A stretch of 64,000 nucleotides of DNA from an uncultured virus (IMG/VR IMGVR_UViG_3300042473_000519) (Duplodnaviria > Heunggongvirae > Uroviricota > Caudoviricetes), in IMG/VR virus record IMGVR_UViG_3300042473_000519, one strand, 5' to 3'. The notes under the pieces are model-generated. The model did not search any database, had not been told where the DNA came from, and saw nothing but the letters and a program-made list of their open reading frames with translations. Shown piece by piece: positions 1 through 9,830 of this stretch (position 1 is its first letter; every line of letters begins with the position of its first letter). A program made the translations under genes and the position numbers.

Positions 1-1182
1 AAATTAGCCACTATATTAAAAGAAAGTAACGGAACAGCTGGTTGGGATGCTATGCAAAGTGTTAATGCAGTGGTAGATCTTGATACCACAAGCCAGTACA
101 GTATTGAACCTAGAATCACATTTAGTGCTCCAGGGTCTGGAACTAGAGCACAAGCAAGAGCCGTGGTAACATCTGGCCGGATTAGTAAATTTAGAGTATT
201 TGAACCTGGCTCCGGATACGCATCTGCACCAACAATAGTTATCGGTGATCCAAATGGTTCTGGAGTAGAGTATCAAATTAGGATCGGAAACGGAGTATTG
301 GCTACGCCCACTTTTAGTAATAGAGGAACTGGATATTTGACATCAAGTGCAATTATTACCGGCGGCACTGGCTACCAAGATGCGTACCAATACGGTTCAT
401 ACCTTTATGTTAGTGGCCTTACATCGGTTCCTGGCCCTGGAGCAAACGTAAACTTTCTTAGTACAAGCACTAATTTTAGATTGGTAGCAGCCGAACATAT
501 AACAGGAACTGGTCCATACTCTGCTAGATTTACCGTTTATCCTGAAATATTGTTAGCCGAAGCACCACCACAAGGTCAAACAGTTACTATTACAACTAAC
601 TATAGCCAAACACGATTAACTGGACACGATTTCTTAGAAATTGGTACAGGAAATACCGCTGAGACAAATTATCCAAATATCGACGTAAGCGAAGTTAAAC
701 CGCAAAACCTGGCAGTAGAAAGTGGTGGTGGCCGAGTGTTCTACACAGCAACAGATCAAGACGGTAACTTCCGTGTTGGTAACTTGTTTAAAGTTGAACA
801 AGCCAGCGGAACAGCAACATTAAATGCCAGCTTCTTCCAACTTAACGGGCTTTCTCAATTAACACTGGGCGGCATTGTGCTTGGTGGAACTAGTGCAACA
901 GTTACTGAAATCTCAACAGATGCAACATTGCCTGCAAACAGCGACAATGTATTAGTAACACAGCGAGCAATTAAATCATATATTGCAAGTAGAATTGGTG
1001 GAGGCGGTGCAAACGTAAATGTTAACGAAGCAACAGCGGGCCAAATTAAAATTGCAACATCAAATCAAATAACAAACACTCTTGGTACTGCAATTAATTT
1101 TAAAAGTAAAGTTAATTTTACAGGTGGAGTAAGTGGTAATATGTTGGCAACAGCTTCATTTATATCAAGCGGAGCACGTTAA
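1..1182 (+). CDS. Virion structural/tail protein, C-terminal part (5' truncated by window); paralogue of the 2750-aa protein
   Basis: Frame is open back to base 1 (KLATILKESNGTAGWDAMQS...). Shares SIEPR.TF.AP, EPGSGY, YSQTRLTGHDFL.IGTG and GGGRVFYT.TDQDGNF.VG.LF.V.Q with 1227..9479. Confidence 0.8.
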   Translation, partial: KLATILKESNGTAGWDAMQSVNAVVDLDTTSQYSIEPRITFSAPGSGTRAQARAVVTSGRISKFRVFEPGSGYASAPTIVIGDPNGSGVEYQIRIGNGVLATPTFSNRGTGYLTSSAIITGGTGYQDAYQYGSYLYVSGLTSVPGPGANVNFLSTSTNFRLVAAEHITGTGPYSARFTVYPEILLAEAPPQGQTVTITTNYSQTRLTGHDFLEIGTGNTAETNYPNIDVSEVKPQNLAVESGGGRVFYTATDQDGNFRVGNLFKVEQASGTATLNASFFQLNGLSQLTLGGIVLGGTSATVTEISTDATLPANSDNVLVTQRAIKSYIASRIGGGGANVNVNEATAGQIKIATSNQITNTLGTAINFKSKVNFTGGVSGNMLATASFISSGAR

Positions 1183-1192
1183 AATGTATATT

Positions 1193-1200
1193 GATAAATA
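1193..1200 (+). promoter_or_regulatory. T4-like late promoter (GATAAATA)
   Basis: Resembles the T4 late -10 box TATAAATA; intergenic, upstream of GGAG SD and ATG 1227. Confidence 0.65.
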
Positions 1201-1226
1201 TTTAGAACTTAAATCTGGAGTAGAAT

Positions 1227-4200
1227 ATGGCAGAGTTTAAATTAGGTAGGATTAGATTTGTCTGGAAAGGTGTCTGGGCGGGAACTACCACATACGTAAA
1301 AGACGACGTAGTTAGAGTTAGTGGTAAAGTATATATTTGTACCACAGGGCACACAAGCTCGGCAGATTTTTATACTGATTTAGCATCAAAGTGGAACATT
1401 ACCGCCGACGGCCAAACATGGAGAGGCACTTGGACCACTCCTACATATTACAATATTAATGACCTTGTGCAATATGGCGGCCGCGTTTATATTTGTAACA
1501 CAGGTCATACCAGCAGTACTACATTAGAAACAAATCAAAGCAACTGGACACTGTTTGCCAGTGCATTTAATTGGACTGGATCTTGGTCACAAACTACAAC
1601 ATACAAAGTTGGAGATGTTGTCAAGTACGGAGCATCGGTTTACATTTGTAATGCCGCACATACTAGCCAATCTACTTCAATAGGATTAGAAGGTGATACA
1701 TCATCTTGGGATTTAGTCAACAGAAGTTTTGACTATAAAACAGACTGGTCAGGCACAACACGTTACAAACTTAATGATGTTGTCAAGTACGGTGCTGATT
1801 TATGGATTTGCACAACATACCACACATCTGCTGGCACATTTGACGATACCAAATGGGCAATATTTGTAGAAGGTTTGCAATTTGAAAGCACATGGAGTGG
1901 TGTAACAACTTACCAAAAAGGCGATGTTGTTACATACGGCGGCTATAGTTATGTGGCTCTGCAAAATCATACAAATCAAACTCCTAGTACAGCAACATTG
2001 TATTGGACTGTGTTAAGCACAGGATTCAACTTTATTGGCAACTGGTCTGGAGCAACTGCTTACAAAGTAGGCGATGTTGTGAGATTAAATGGTTATACAT
2101 ATCTATCAAAACTAGATCACACCAACAACGAACCACCAAACGGCACATACTGGGAATTGTTAAACCCAGGATATCAGTGGTTAGGTGCATGGACAAATGG
2201 CACTGCATATAAACTTGGGGATTCAATCAAGGATGGTGTAAACACATATGTTTGCGTGTTGGGCCACACTGCTGCCACTGCAACAAACAAACCAACTGTT
2301 GATTTAGTTGGTACTTATTGGAACTTGTTGGCTGCTGGATCGGAAACTGCGGTGTTAACAACACAAGGCGACACGCTATATTACAGCGGCGCAGGCCCAG
2401 CAAGATTGCCTATCGGTACCGACGGTCAAGTGTTGACAGTACAGGGAACAAACTTATACTGGAACACATTTGGTAATATTAACAATGTTTATTATGTTGC
2501 TGTTGGTGGTACAGACACCGCAGCAACTGATCAAGGTAAAACACTTGACAAGCCATGGGCAACTATTGCCTACGCTTGCTCTCAAGTTGCAGCGGGAACA
2601 TTATTTCCCAATGCTATCTATTTGTTTGGCGAAAACGTTAACTGGGCCGTTCGTGAAATGTATCAGTATGGCGAATATGCTAAAACAACTAGTATTGCAC
2701 CGTTTGCACCGGGCTCAGTATATGACGGTGTAAAAACATTGCGTGATTCAAGAATTATTTTAGATGCTATCACTCAAGATTTACGTAGTGGAAGTAATAC
2801 TAACACTGTAAATGCAACAATGATGTATTTTGCTACTTCCACTACATTTGTTAATGCAGCCACAACATCAGCAATGCCGTTTATTATTGCATTGCTACAA
2901 AGATTAAAAATTAATATTGTTACTAATGCATTAACAAATACTGCTCCAGGTACTAACTACCAAACATTAACCAGTTATACTCCAGCAGTTAATCAAGTGA
3001 TTAACTTGTCTTACACATCAGAAGCTGGTGCAACAACTGCGGCAGGAGCATTGTTTGATATTGTTATTAACGCATTAACCGCAGTAGACACAGCTGGTAT
3101 TCCGTTGCCAACGACAGGATACACTAGTTCAATTTATGTTAAGTCTGGTGTTTATTCCGAAGTACTGCCTATTAGTATTCCTGAAAACTGTGCAATTATT
3201 GGCGACGAATTGCGATCAACTGTAATTCAACCCTCCAGCGGATACACAACCAGCAATATGTTCTACATGAGAAACGGCTCTGGCCTGCGTAATTGTACAT
3301 TGCAAGGATTAAGCGGCACACTAGGTGCAGCAAACAGTTATGGAACACAGCGTCCCACAGCAGGTGCATATGCAAGTTTAGATCCAGGTGCAGGCCCAGA
3401 TGATGCTAGCGTATGGATTTCACGCCGTAGTCCGTATATTCAAAACGTCACTACATTTGGATCTTGTGCAATTGGACTAAAAGTAGATGGTGCATTACAC
3501 AACGGCGGAAATCAATCTATTGTTGCCAACGACTTTACACAAGTTATTGACAATGGTATCGGTGCTTGGATTACTAACCAAGGCCGTGCTGAATTAGTTT
3601 CGGTGTTTACATACTACGCACACATTGGTTATCTTGCAGAACACGGTGGCAAGATTCGTGCCACCAACGGCAACAACTCTTACGGTAAATTTGGCAGCGT
3701 ATCTGAAGGAGTTAACAGTTCAGAAACTCCTATCACTGCTACTGTTAATAACCGTGCTGTTCAAGCAGTGGTTGGAAATACATTCACCAGCGGTGCAAGT
3801 ATCTATAGATTAGAATATAGTAATGCTGGTAATGCATATCCTAATTCAGGAACAACTTTTACCTTTAACAGTGCAAACGGCATCAATGCCACAGCAGTAG
3901 GTGATGAAGTTCGTGATAATGCTGTATTTGAAAACAGAATGTTAACTACTGGTGCAGGATTTGTATCAGCAACAAACACGGCACAAAGCGGTACAACTAC
4001 AACTATTATTATTGCTGGATCAGATACTGCGGTTAGTGCATCCTATCTTGGCATGCGTTTACTAATCACAAGCGGCCTAGGTGTTGGTCAATTTGGTTAT
4101 ATTGCATTTTATAACGCTGGAGGCAAGCAAGCATACATTGCTAAAGAAAGTTTCACAGCATTGACAGCCAGTGCAGTTACAGCAACTGGTGCATTGGTCA

Positions 4201-7200
4201 CAGTTGCTAGCACTTTAACATTGTATGTTAATCAACCAATCGTCTTTACAGGCACTGCAATCGGCGGCTTTGCTGTGGCCACTGTTTACTATGTACAGGC
4301 CATCACTAGTGCAACACAGTTTGCAGTCAGTGCAACAAGCGGCGGTGCTGCAATCAGCACTGGTTTGACCGATGTAACTGCCAGTACAATGATTGTAAAT
4401 GCAGCAGGTTGGGATCATGTGGTTGTTGGAACAGCAATTAGTGCAACAATGGACAGCACAACAACATACAGCATTGAACCAAGGGTAACATTTACTGCTC
4501 CAAGTTTTGCCACTACCAGTCGCACAATGCCAGGAACTGCAACAAATTGGAGTTCTACCACTTATGCAAGCGGCCGTTTTGTGGCAGTTTCTTCCAGTGA
4601 TGGCAACAGTGCATACAGCGTAGACGGTGCAAACTGGAGTGCAATGACTGGCTTGAGTTCTGCTAGTGCATATGTTGGAGTTGCAAGTGGTGCAATAAGT
4701 GCCACAACTTATTTTGTAACAGTTGCAGGAACAGCAGCAACTACAGTTGCATATTCTAGCACCAATGGCACAAGCTGGACAGCAATGACTGGATTACAAT
4801 CTGGAACATGGACCAGCGTTGCTTATGGTAATAGCCGGTTTGTTGCAGTTGGCAACGGAACAGTAACAGCTTACAGTGCTAACGGCACATCTTGGAACAA
4901 CGGTGGCTCAGTTGCCAACGCTAACTACATAGCTGTTGCATATGGCACTGGCCCAGAACGATTTGTTGCTATTACAGGCGGCACTGTGTTAAGCCAAGCC
5001 ACTGCATATTCAGTAGACGGAGCAGCTTGGACAGCTGGAGCATTACCACAAACAGCATACTGGACAAGTATTGCATGGGGCAATGGCCGATTTGTTGCAG
5101 TTGCCCAGGGCGGCACAGCAACAGCATACTCAACAGATGGTATTACTTGGACAACTCCTAATACAGTTTTACCATTCAGTTATGCTTGGAAAAATGTTGC
5201 CTACGGTCAAGGATCGTTCCTTGCTACAGCAGCTTATTTGACACCCACAGTTACAGCAGCCTACACTGGTAGTAATCAAATTACTTTAAGCAGTACAGCT
5301 GGTATGGCAACAGGGCAAGCGTGGACACCAACAGTCGCTAGTCAAACTACTAACGCAACAGCTACTACAAGAGCAGTTGCATCTTTAAACAGTTCTGGCA
5401 CAATAGGTATTACTGGTGCTGGCAATGTGTTAACACCTGGGTCAGCAAATCAAGGAACTGTTGCTACAGGTATGGTTGTTACTGGTAATAATGTACAAAC
5501 TGCACAAAACATTGCAGTAACAGGTGTCACTGGTTCTGGATCAACAGTAACAGTCACTTATGCTCAACAAACAGAAGCATTAACTGGAGTTGTTATTGCA
5601 GGAACAGCCGGGCAATTTACTTGCACAGCAACAGCATCTGCATTGCAAGTTGGACAGCTAGTAACTGTTAGTGGTACATTGGGCGGCACTGGCTCTATTA
5701 CTGGTTATGCAAATCCAACAACTTATTTTATTAACAAGACTAACAATAACAGTACAGGATTCCAGTTGTCAGGCGGAACAGCCGCAGCAGGCCAAACATT
5801 TACCGGCAACGGCACATCCGCATTGGCAATGGCTAGTACAACAAATATACAAGCTGGAATCCCAATTTACTTTACAGGTGCAAACTTGGCAACAATTGGT
5901 TTGGTTGCTAATACTCCTTACTATGTGTTGAGTGTCGTAGCAAGTACCAGTATCACAATCAGTTCTGTTCCAGGTGGAACAGCATTGACATTTACCGCAG
6001 GCACAGCGGCAACTAGCGTTTACGTAGTACCAACAGTTGGTGTTGTTACAACTACAGGAACTCCAACTGGCTTAACATACACTTATGTTAAACCAGTACC
6101 GTTTGTATCAGGTCAAACTATTGATTTACAAGGTGTAGCCCCTATTGCTTACAATGGCAGTTACACTGTTACTGGACAACCAACTGCTACCAGCGTGACA
6201 TTTGCAGGCACAACAACTACTGCATATGTATCTGGCGGAACAGTATTCAGCAAGCCATTGTATATTACTGGAAGTAACAGTTTTACAAGTACAAGTTCCA
6301 GCGTAAGCGGTGTAACATTAACTGTTGGTGGTACTATAACAGGTACAGTGGCAGTTGGACAGGCTATCAGCGGGCCAGTTGTTACTAACAACTTTGCAGA
6401 AGTTAAGAACGGCGTATTAAGTTTGCAAGGTACTAGTGTTGGAACTCCAGCGGCTGGTGCATATGTGAGTGGTCCTAATATCACAGGAGCCAGTTATACT
6501 ATTGCTGCTTCAGCACCAAGTTCATTCTTTGGCGGCATCACAGCCGGTACAGCAGTGACATTTACTGCCAGCATTGCACCAGTAAGTGCAACGGATGTAG
6601 GCCTAGGCGGCATTATGTCTGTGACCAGTGCTCCATCAGGAACAGGCATTGTTGTGGGATATGTGATAAGCGGCACAGGCGTTACTGGAGGAACTTATGT
6701 TTCTGCAGGTTTGAGCGGTACTGCAACCAGTAATCCAAGCACATGGTTAGTTAACTTGAGTCAGACAGTTACAAGTACCACAATCACAGCAACTCCTATT
6801 ACACTAAACGTATCGGGTGTGGGTTCTGGCACTGTTGTTCCGGGTACAGTTATCAGCTGGACAAACGGTTTCGTTGCACAAAGTTTGGCAATCAATAATG
6901 TTAACGGTAACGGATTAAGTGCTACAGTTACATTCAGCAGTGTACAAGCAAGTGCTCCATTTGCCACAGGACAAGCAATCACAATCACAGGCAATGCCAA
7001 CAGCAACTTTAACGGCACATTCAAAGTAACAGCTTGTTCAGCAAGTATCTGTACATTTGACAGTGCCACAAGTGCAACTGGTGCTGGCGGAACCGTAGTA
7101 AGTGCAGGATCATTTGTTACTGCTAACGGCACAGGCACTGGTGGATCAGGAACTTATTTCATAAGTCCAGCACCCACAGCAACCGTGGGCGGAGGCACAC

Positions 7201-9479
7201 TATTTGCAGGTCAACATTATACATTAACACAGCCCGTATTGGCCAATGTTAATATTATTGGAACTGGCGGACAGTTTAATTGTGATGCAACAACTCTTGC
7301 GGTTGGTATGACTATAACAATTAGTGGCACACTGGGCGGCACTGGCTCTATTACCAGCTATGCCAATCCAACTACTTATTATGTGATTGCTACAAATGGT
7401 CGTACAACATTCACACTGAGCACAACCAGCAATGTTAATCCTAACGTAACAACTGGTGTGGTAACTACTATTGGTACTCCAACTGGCCTAACATACACAT
7501 TGGGATATGTTTCTTATCAAAACAATGCTATCAAATTAGATAATTTGACTGGATATATTACTGCTCTTGGCTCAGGCTCTGGAGGTGCAGGCACATACAC
7601 AGTGAGTTCTGCCATTGGTGCAACTGGTAGTATTGCAATTTCTGGATCTAGTTATTCTTTGAACGCAAGTCAAACTGTTACAACTCCAGGTTTGATAACC
7701 GGTACTAATAATTTGATTACCGTTGATTCTTCTACTGGCATGGCAGTGGGCGAGAGCTTTGTAACTGATGTATCGGGAGCATTTGGTGGCTTGTCAAATA
7801 GTACAACATACTTTGTCACAGCAGTTCCAAGTGCAACAACTGTAGCAGTAAGTGCTAGCTTTGGCGGAACTAATTTGGCAGTTACAACTGCTACTGGTAC
7901 ACAGGCAATCACAGCAGGTGCTGCATTTGGCGGTTTAACATCAGCCACAACATATTACGTTGTCTCAATTAATCAGACTAATAGTCAGATACAAGTTAGT
8001 ACAAGTGCAACGTTAACACCAATTACTACTATTTCAAGTAATGTAGGCGGCAACTGGACCAGTGTAACAGGTGCAGGTGCAGGTGCAACAAGTCCGGATG
8101 GCATTAACTGGACTCCACGCACACTGAGCAATGCATCTTGGAATGCTTTGACATTTGGTAATACCAGCACTAGCTTTACTGGTAGTATCACTGGAACAAC
8201 ATTAACTGTTACAAGTACTCCAACTGGCAGCGGCATTATTACTGGTGCAGTGTTGAATGGCGTTGGTGTAATTGCTGGCACAACAATCACTGCTAACTTG
8301 ACTGGAACACAGTTTGGTTCAAGCAGTACTTGGACAGTTGACACTAGTCATGCTGTTTCAACAGGCAGCACTACTATTACCAGTGCGGCTCCTACATGGG
8401 CAGTTATTGCAAGTAGCAGTACAAGTGCATTGAGTATTCCTAACTTTACACGAGCAGAAGCCCGTGCAGTTGTTACCAGCGGACAGATCAGTAGTTTTAG
8501 AATCTACGAACCAGGTTCTGGATACACTACTCCTCCAACAATCACACTTGGCGACCCAAATGCCACGTCAACGGCCACGTACACAGTGAGAACTGGTATA
8601 GGCGTTTTGGGCAACCCAACATTTACCAATCGCGGCACTGGCTATACCAGTTCCACTACCACAATCAGTGGTAGCGGCTATGCTGACATTTTCCAAAATA
8701 ATCAGTACATGAATGTAAGTGGTATGACTGCTATTCCTACATTGGGTAGTAACATACAATTTGCAGGCAATAGTTCGTACTACAAGTTGGTAACAGTTAG
8801 TAGTCAAACAGGAACACCGGGTAACTACAGTGCTACATTACAAATTAGTCCTGTTATGACCATTGCACTTGCACCAGTACATGGTGTAGCAATCACAATG
8901 CGTATATTATACAGTCAAACTCGACTAACTGGACACGACTTCTTGAGTATTGGTACCGGCCCAATTGCCACAACCAATTATCCAAACACACCACTTCAAG
9001 CAGCCGACATAGCAAATGAAACTGTCGAAGCGGGCGGCGGGCGTGTGTTCTACACAAGTACTGACCAAGACGGTAACTTTAACGTGGGCGACTTGTTCAC
9101 TGTTCAGCAATCAACAGGTATTGCCACATTGAATGCCAATGCGTTTAACTTGAGCGGCCTACAAACATTACAATTAGGTAGTGTTACATTGGGCAGTTCA
9201 AACACAAGTATTAGTCAGTTCAGTACTGATGCAACATTCAGTGCAAACAGTGATACGATTGTGCCAACGCAGAAAGCTATCAGGGCATATGTTGCTAGCC
9301 AAATTGGCGGCGGCAACAGCACAGTTAACGTAAATACGCTGGTAGCAGGAACTATCGAAATTACAGGATCTCAGATTCGTAACACGGCAGGAACTCAGAT
9401 AAATATAAAGAATAAAGCTAACTTTACACAGGGTATAGACGGTAGTCCCTTAGCATTAAACTACTTCTTACTAAGATAA
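1227..9479 (+). CDS. Giant modular tail fibre/virion protein (2750 aa): N-terminal W/Y repeats, beta-helix-like region, Asp-box-like propeller, Thr/Gly/Ser-rich beta modules
   Basis: Repeats W.....Y..GDVV.YG...Y.C...HTS; W..VAYG..RFVAV and S.DG..W repeats; C-terminus shared with upstream paralogue; SD GGAG. Confidence 0.85.
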   Translation: MAEFKLGRIRFVWKGVWAGTTTYVKDDVVRVSGKVYICTTGHTSSADFYTDLASKWNITADGQTWRGTWTTPTYYNINDLVQYGGRVYICNTGHTSSTTLETNQSNWTLFASAFNWTGSWSQTTTYKVGDVVKYGASVYICNAAHTSQSTSIGLEGDTSSWDLVNRSFDYKTDWSGTTRYKLNDVVKYGADLWICTTYHTSAGTFDDTKWAIFVEGLQFESTWSGVTTYQKGDVVTYGGYSYVALQNHTNQTPSTATLYWTVLSTGFNFIGNWSGATAYKVGDVVRLNGYTYLSKLDHTNNEPPNGTYWELLNPGYQWLGAWTNGTAYKLGDSIKDGVNTYVCVLGHTAATATNKPTVDLVGTYWNLLAAGSETAVLTTQGDTLYYSGAGPARLPIGTDGQVLTVQGTNLYWNTFGNINNVYYVAVGGTDTAATDQGKTLDKPWATIAYACSQVAAGTLFPNAIYLFGENVNWAVREMYQYGEYAKTTSIAPFAPGSVYDGVKTLRDSRIILDAITQDLRSGSNTNTVNATMMYFATSTTFVNAATTSAMPFIIALLQRLKINIVTNALTNTAPGTNYQTLTSYTPAVNQVINLSYTSEAGATTAAGALFDIVINALTAVDTAGIPLPTTGYTSSIYVKSGVYSEVLPISIPENCAIIGDELRSTVIQPSSGYTTSNMFYMRNGSGLRNCTLQGLSGTLGAANSYGTQRPTAGAYASLDPGAGPDDASVWISRRSPYIQNVTTFGSCAIGLKVDGALHNGGNQSIVANDFTQVIDNGIGAWITNQGRAELVSVFTYYAHIGYLAEHGGKIRATNGNNSYGKFGSVSEGVNSSETPITATVNNRAVQAVVGNTFTSGASIYRLEYSNAGNAYPNSGTTFTFNSANGINATAVGDEVRDNAVFENRMLTTGAGFVSATNTAQSGTTTTIIIAGSDTAVSASYLGMRLLITSGLGVGQFGYIAFYNAGGKQAYIAKESFTALTASAVTATGALVTVASTLTLYVNQPIVFTGTAIGGFAVATVYYVQAITSATQFAVSATSGGAAISTGLTDVTASTMIVNAAGWDHVVVGTAISATMDSTTTYSIEPRVTFTAPSFATTSRTMPGTATNWSSTTYASGRFVAVSSSDGNSAYSVDGANWSAMTGLSSASAYVGVASGAISATTYFVTVAGTAATTVAYSSTNGTSWTAMTGLQSGTWTSVAYGNSRFVAVGNGTVTAYSANGTSWNNGGSVANANYIAVAYGTGPERFVAITGGTVLSQATAYSVDGAAWTAGALPQTAYWTSIAWGNGRFVAVAQGGTATAYSTDGITWTTPNTVLPFSYAWKNVAYGQGSFLATAAYLTPTVTAAYTGSNQITLSSTAGMATGQAWTPTVASQTTNATATTRAVASLNSSGTIGITGAGNVLTPGSANQGTVATGMVVTGNNVQTAQNIAVTGVTGSGSTVTVTYAQQTEALTGVVIAGTAGQFTCTATASALQVGQLVTVSGTLGGTGSITGYANPTTYFINKTNNNSTGFQLSGGTAAAGQTFTGNGTSALAMASTTNIQAGIPIYFTGANLATIGLVANTPYYVLSVVASTSITISSVPGGTALTFTAGTAATSVYVVPTVGVVTTTGTPTGLTYTYVKPVPFVSGQTIDLQGVAPIAYNGSYTVTGQPTATSVTFAGTTTTAYVSGGTVFSKPLYITGSNSFTSTSSSVSGVTLTVGGTITGTVAVGQAISGPVVTNNFAEVKNGVLSLQGTSVGTPAAGAYVSGPNITGASYTIAASAPSSFFGGITAGTAVTFTASIAPVSATDVGLGGIMSVTSAPSGTGIVVGYVISGTGVTGGTYVSAGLSGTATSNPSTWLVNLSQTVTSTTITATPITLNVSGVGSGTVVPGTVISWTNGFVAQSLAINNVNGNGLSATVTFSSVQASAPFATGQAITITGNANSNFNGTFKVTACSASICTFDSATSATGAGGTVVSAGSFVTANGTGTGGSGTYFISPAPTATVGGGTLFAGQHYTLTQPVLANVNIIGTGGQFNCDATTLAVGMTITISGTLGGTGSITSYANPTTYYVIATNGRTTFTLSTTSNVNPNVTTGVVTTIGTPTGLTYTLGYVSYQNNAIKLDNLTGYITALGSGSGGAGTYTVSSAIGATGSIAISGSSYSLNASQTVTTPGLITGTNNLITVDSSTGMAVGESFVTDVSGAFGGLSNSTTYFVTAVPSATTVAVSASFGGTNLAVTTATGTQAITAGAAFGGLTSATTYYVVSINQTNSQIQVSTSATLTPITTISSNVGGNWTSVTGAGAGATSPDGINWTPRTLSNASWNALTFGNTSTSFTGSITGTTLTVTSTPTGSGIITGAVLNGVGVIAGTTITANLTGTQFGSSSTWTVDTSHAVSTGSTTITSAAPTWAVIASSSTSALSIPNFTRAEARAVVTSGQISSFRIYEPGSGYTTPPTITLGDPNATSTATYTVRTGIGVLGNPTFTNRGTGYTSSTTTISGSGYADIFQNNQYMNVSGMTAIPTLGSNIQFAGNSSYYKLVTVSSQTGTPGNYSATLQISPVMTIALAPVHGVAITMRILYSQTRLTGHDFLSIGTGPIATTNYPNTPLQAADIANETVEAGGGRVFYTSTDQDGNFNVGDLFTVQQSTGIATLNANAFNLSGLQTLQLGSVTLGSSNTSISQFSTDATFSANSDTIVPTQKAIRAYVASQIGGGNSTVNVNTLVAGTIEITGSQIRNTAGTQINIKNKANFTQGIDGSPLALNYFLLR
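9398..9405 (+). promoter_or_regulatory. Putative late promoter (GATAAATA) inside the 3' end of the giant gene
   Basis: Same octamer as 1193 and 45402; about 90 nt upstream of the 9495 cassette. Confidence 0.45.
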
Positions 9480-9494
9480 TTGGAGAATTAAATT

Positions 9495-9815
9495 ATGGCA
9501 ACAGGAAGATTAGGCACAGCAGATCTGTCAGCAGCAACGAATACCACTTTGTATACTTGCCCTACAGGTACATTTGCTATTGTAAACATAACAATTTGTA
9601 ATAGGAATGCGTCAGGTGTTACAGTTAGACTAGCTCTTGCTAGTAGTGCAACACCGGGTGGTGCAGAGTGGTTAGAATTTGGTACAACTATTCCAGCAAA
9701 CGCTGTACTAGAGCGTACAGGTTTAGTACTAGATGCTGGAAAAGTATTAGTTGTTTATTCAAGCACAACCAGTGTTAATGCTGTAGCATACGGTATTGAA
9801 ACAAGCACAACTTAA
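9495..9815 (+). CDS. Small beta-rich virion protein (probable fibre-tip adaptor)
   Basis: TTLYTCP...NITICNRN...LERTGLVL..G...YGIE pattern typical of small phage tail proteins; SD GGAG. Confidence 0.6.
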   Translation: MATGRLGTADLSAATNTTLYTCPTGTFAIVNITICNRNASGVTVRLALASSATPGGAEWLEFGTTIPANAVLERTGLVLDAGKVLVVYSSTTSVNAVAYGIETSTT

Positions 9816-9830
9816 TAGGAAATAGATAAT

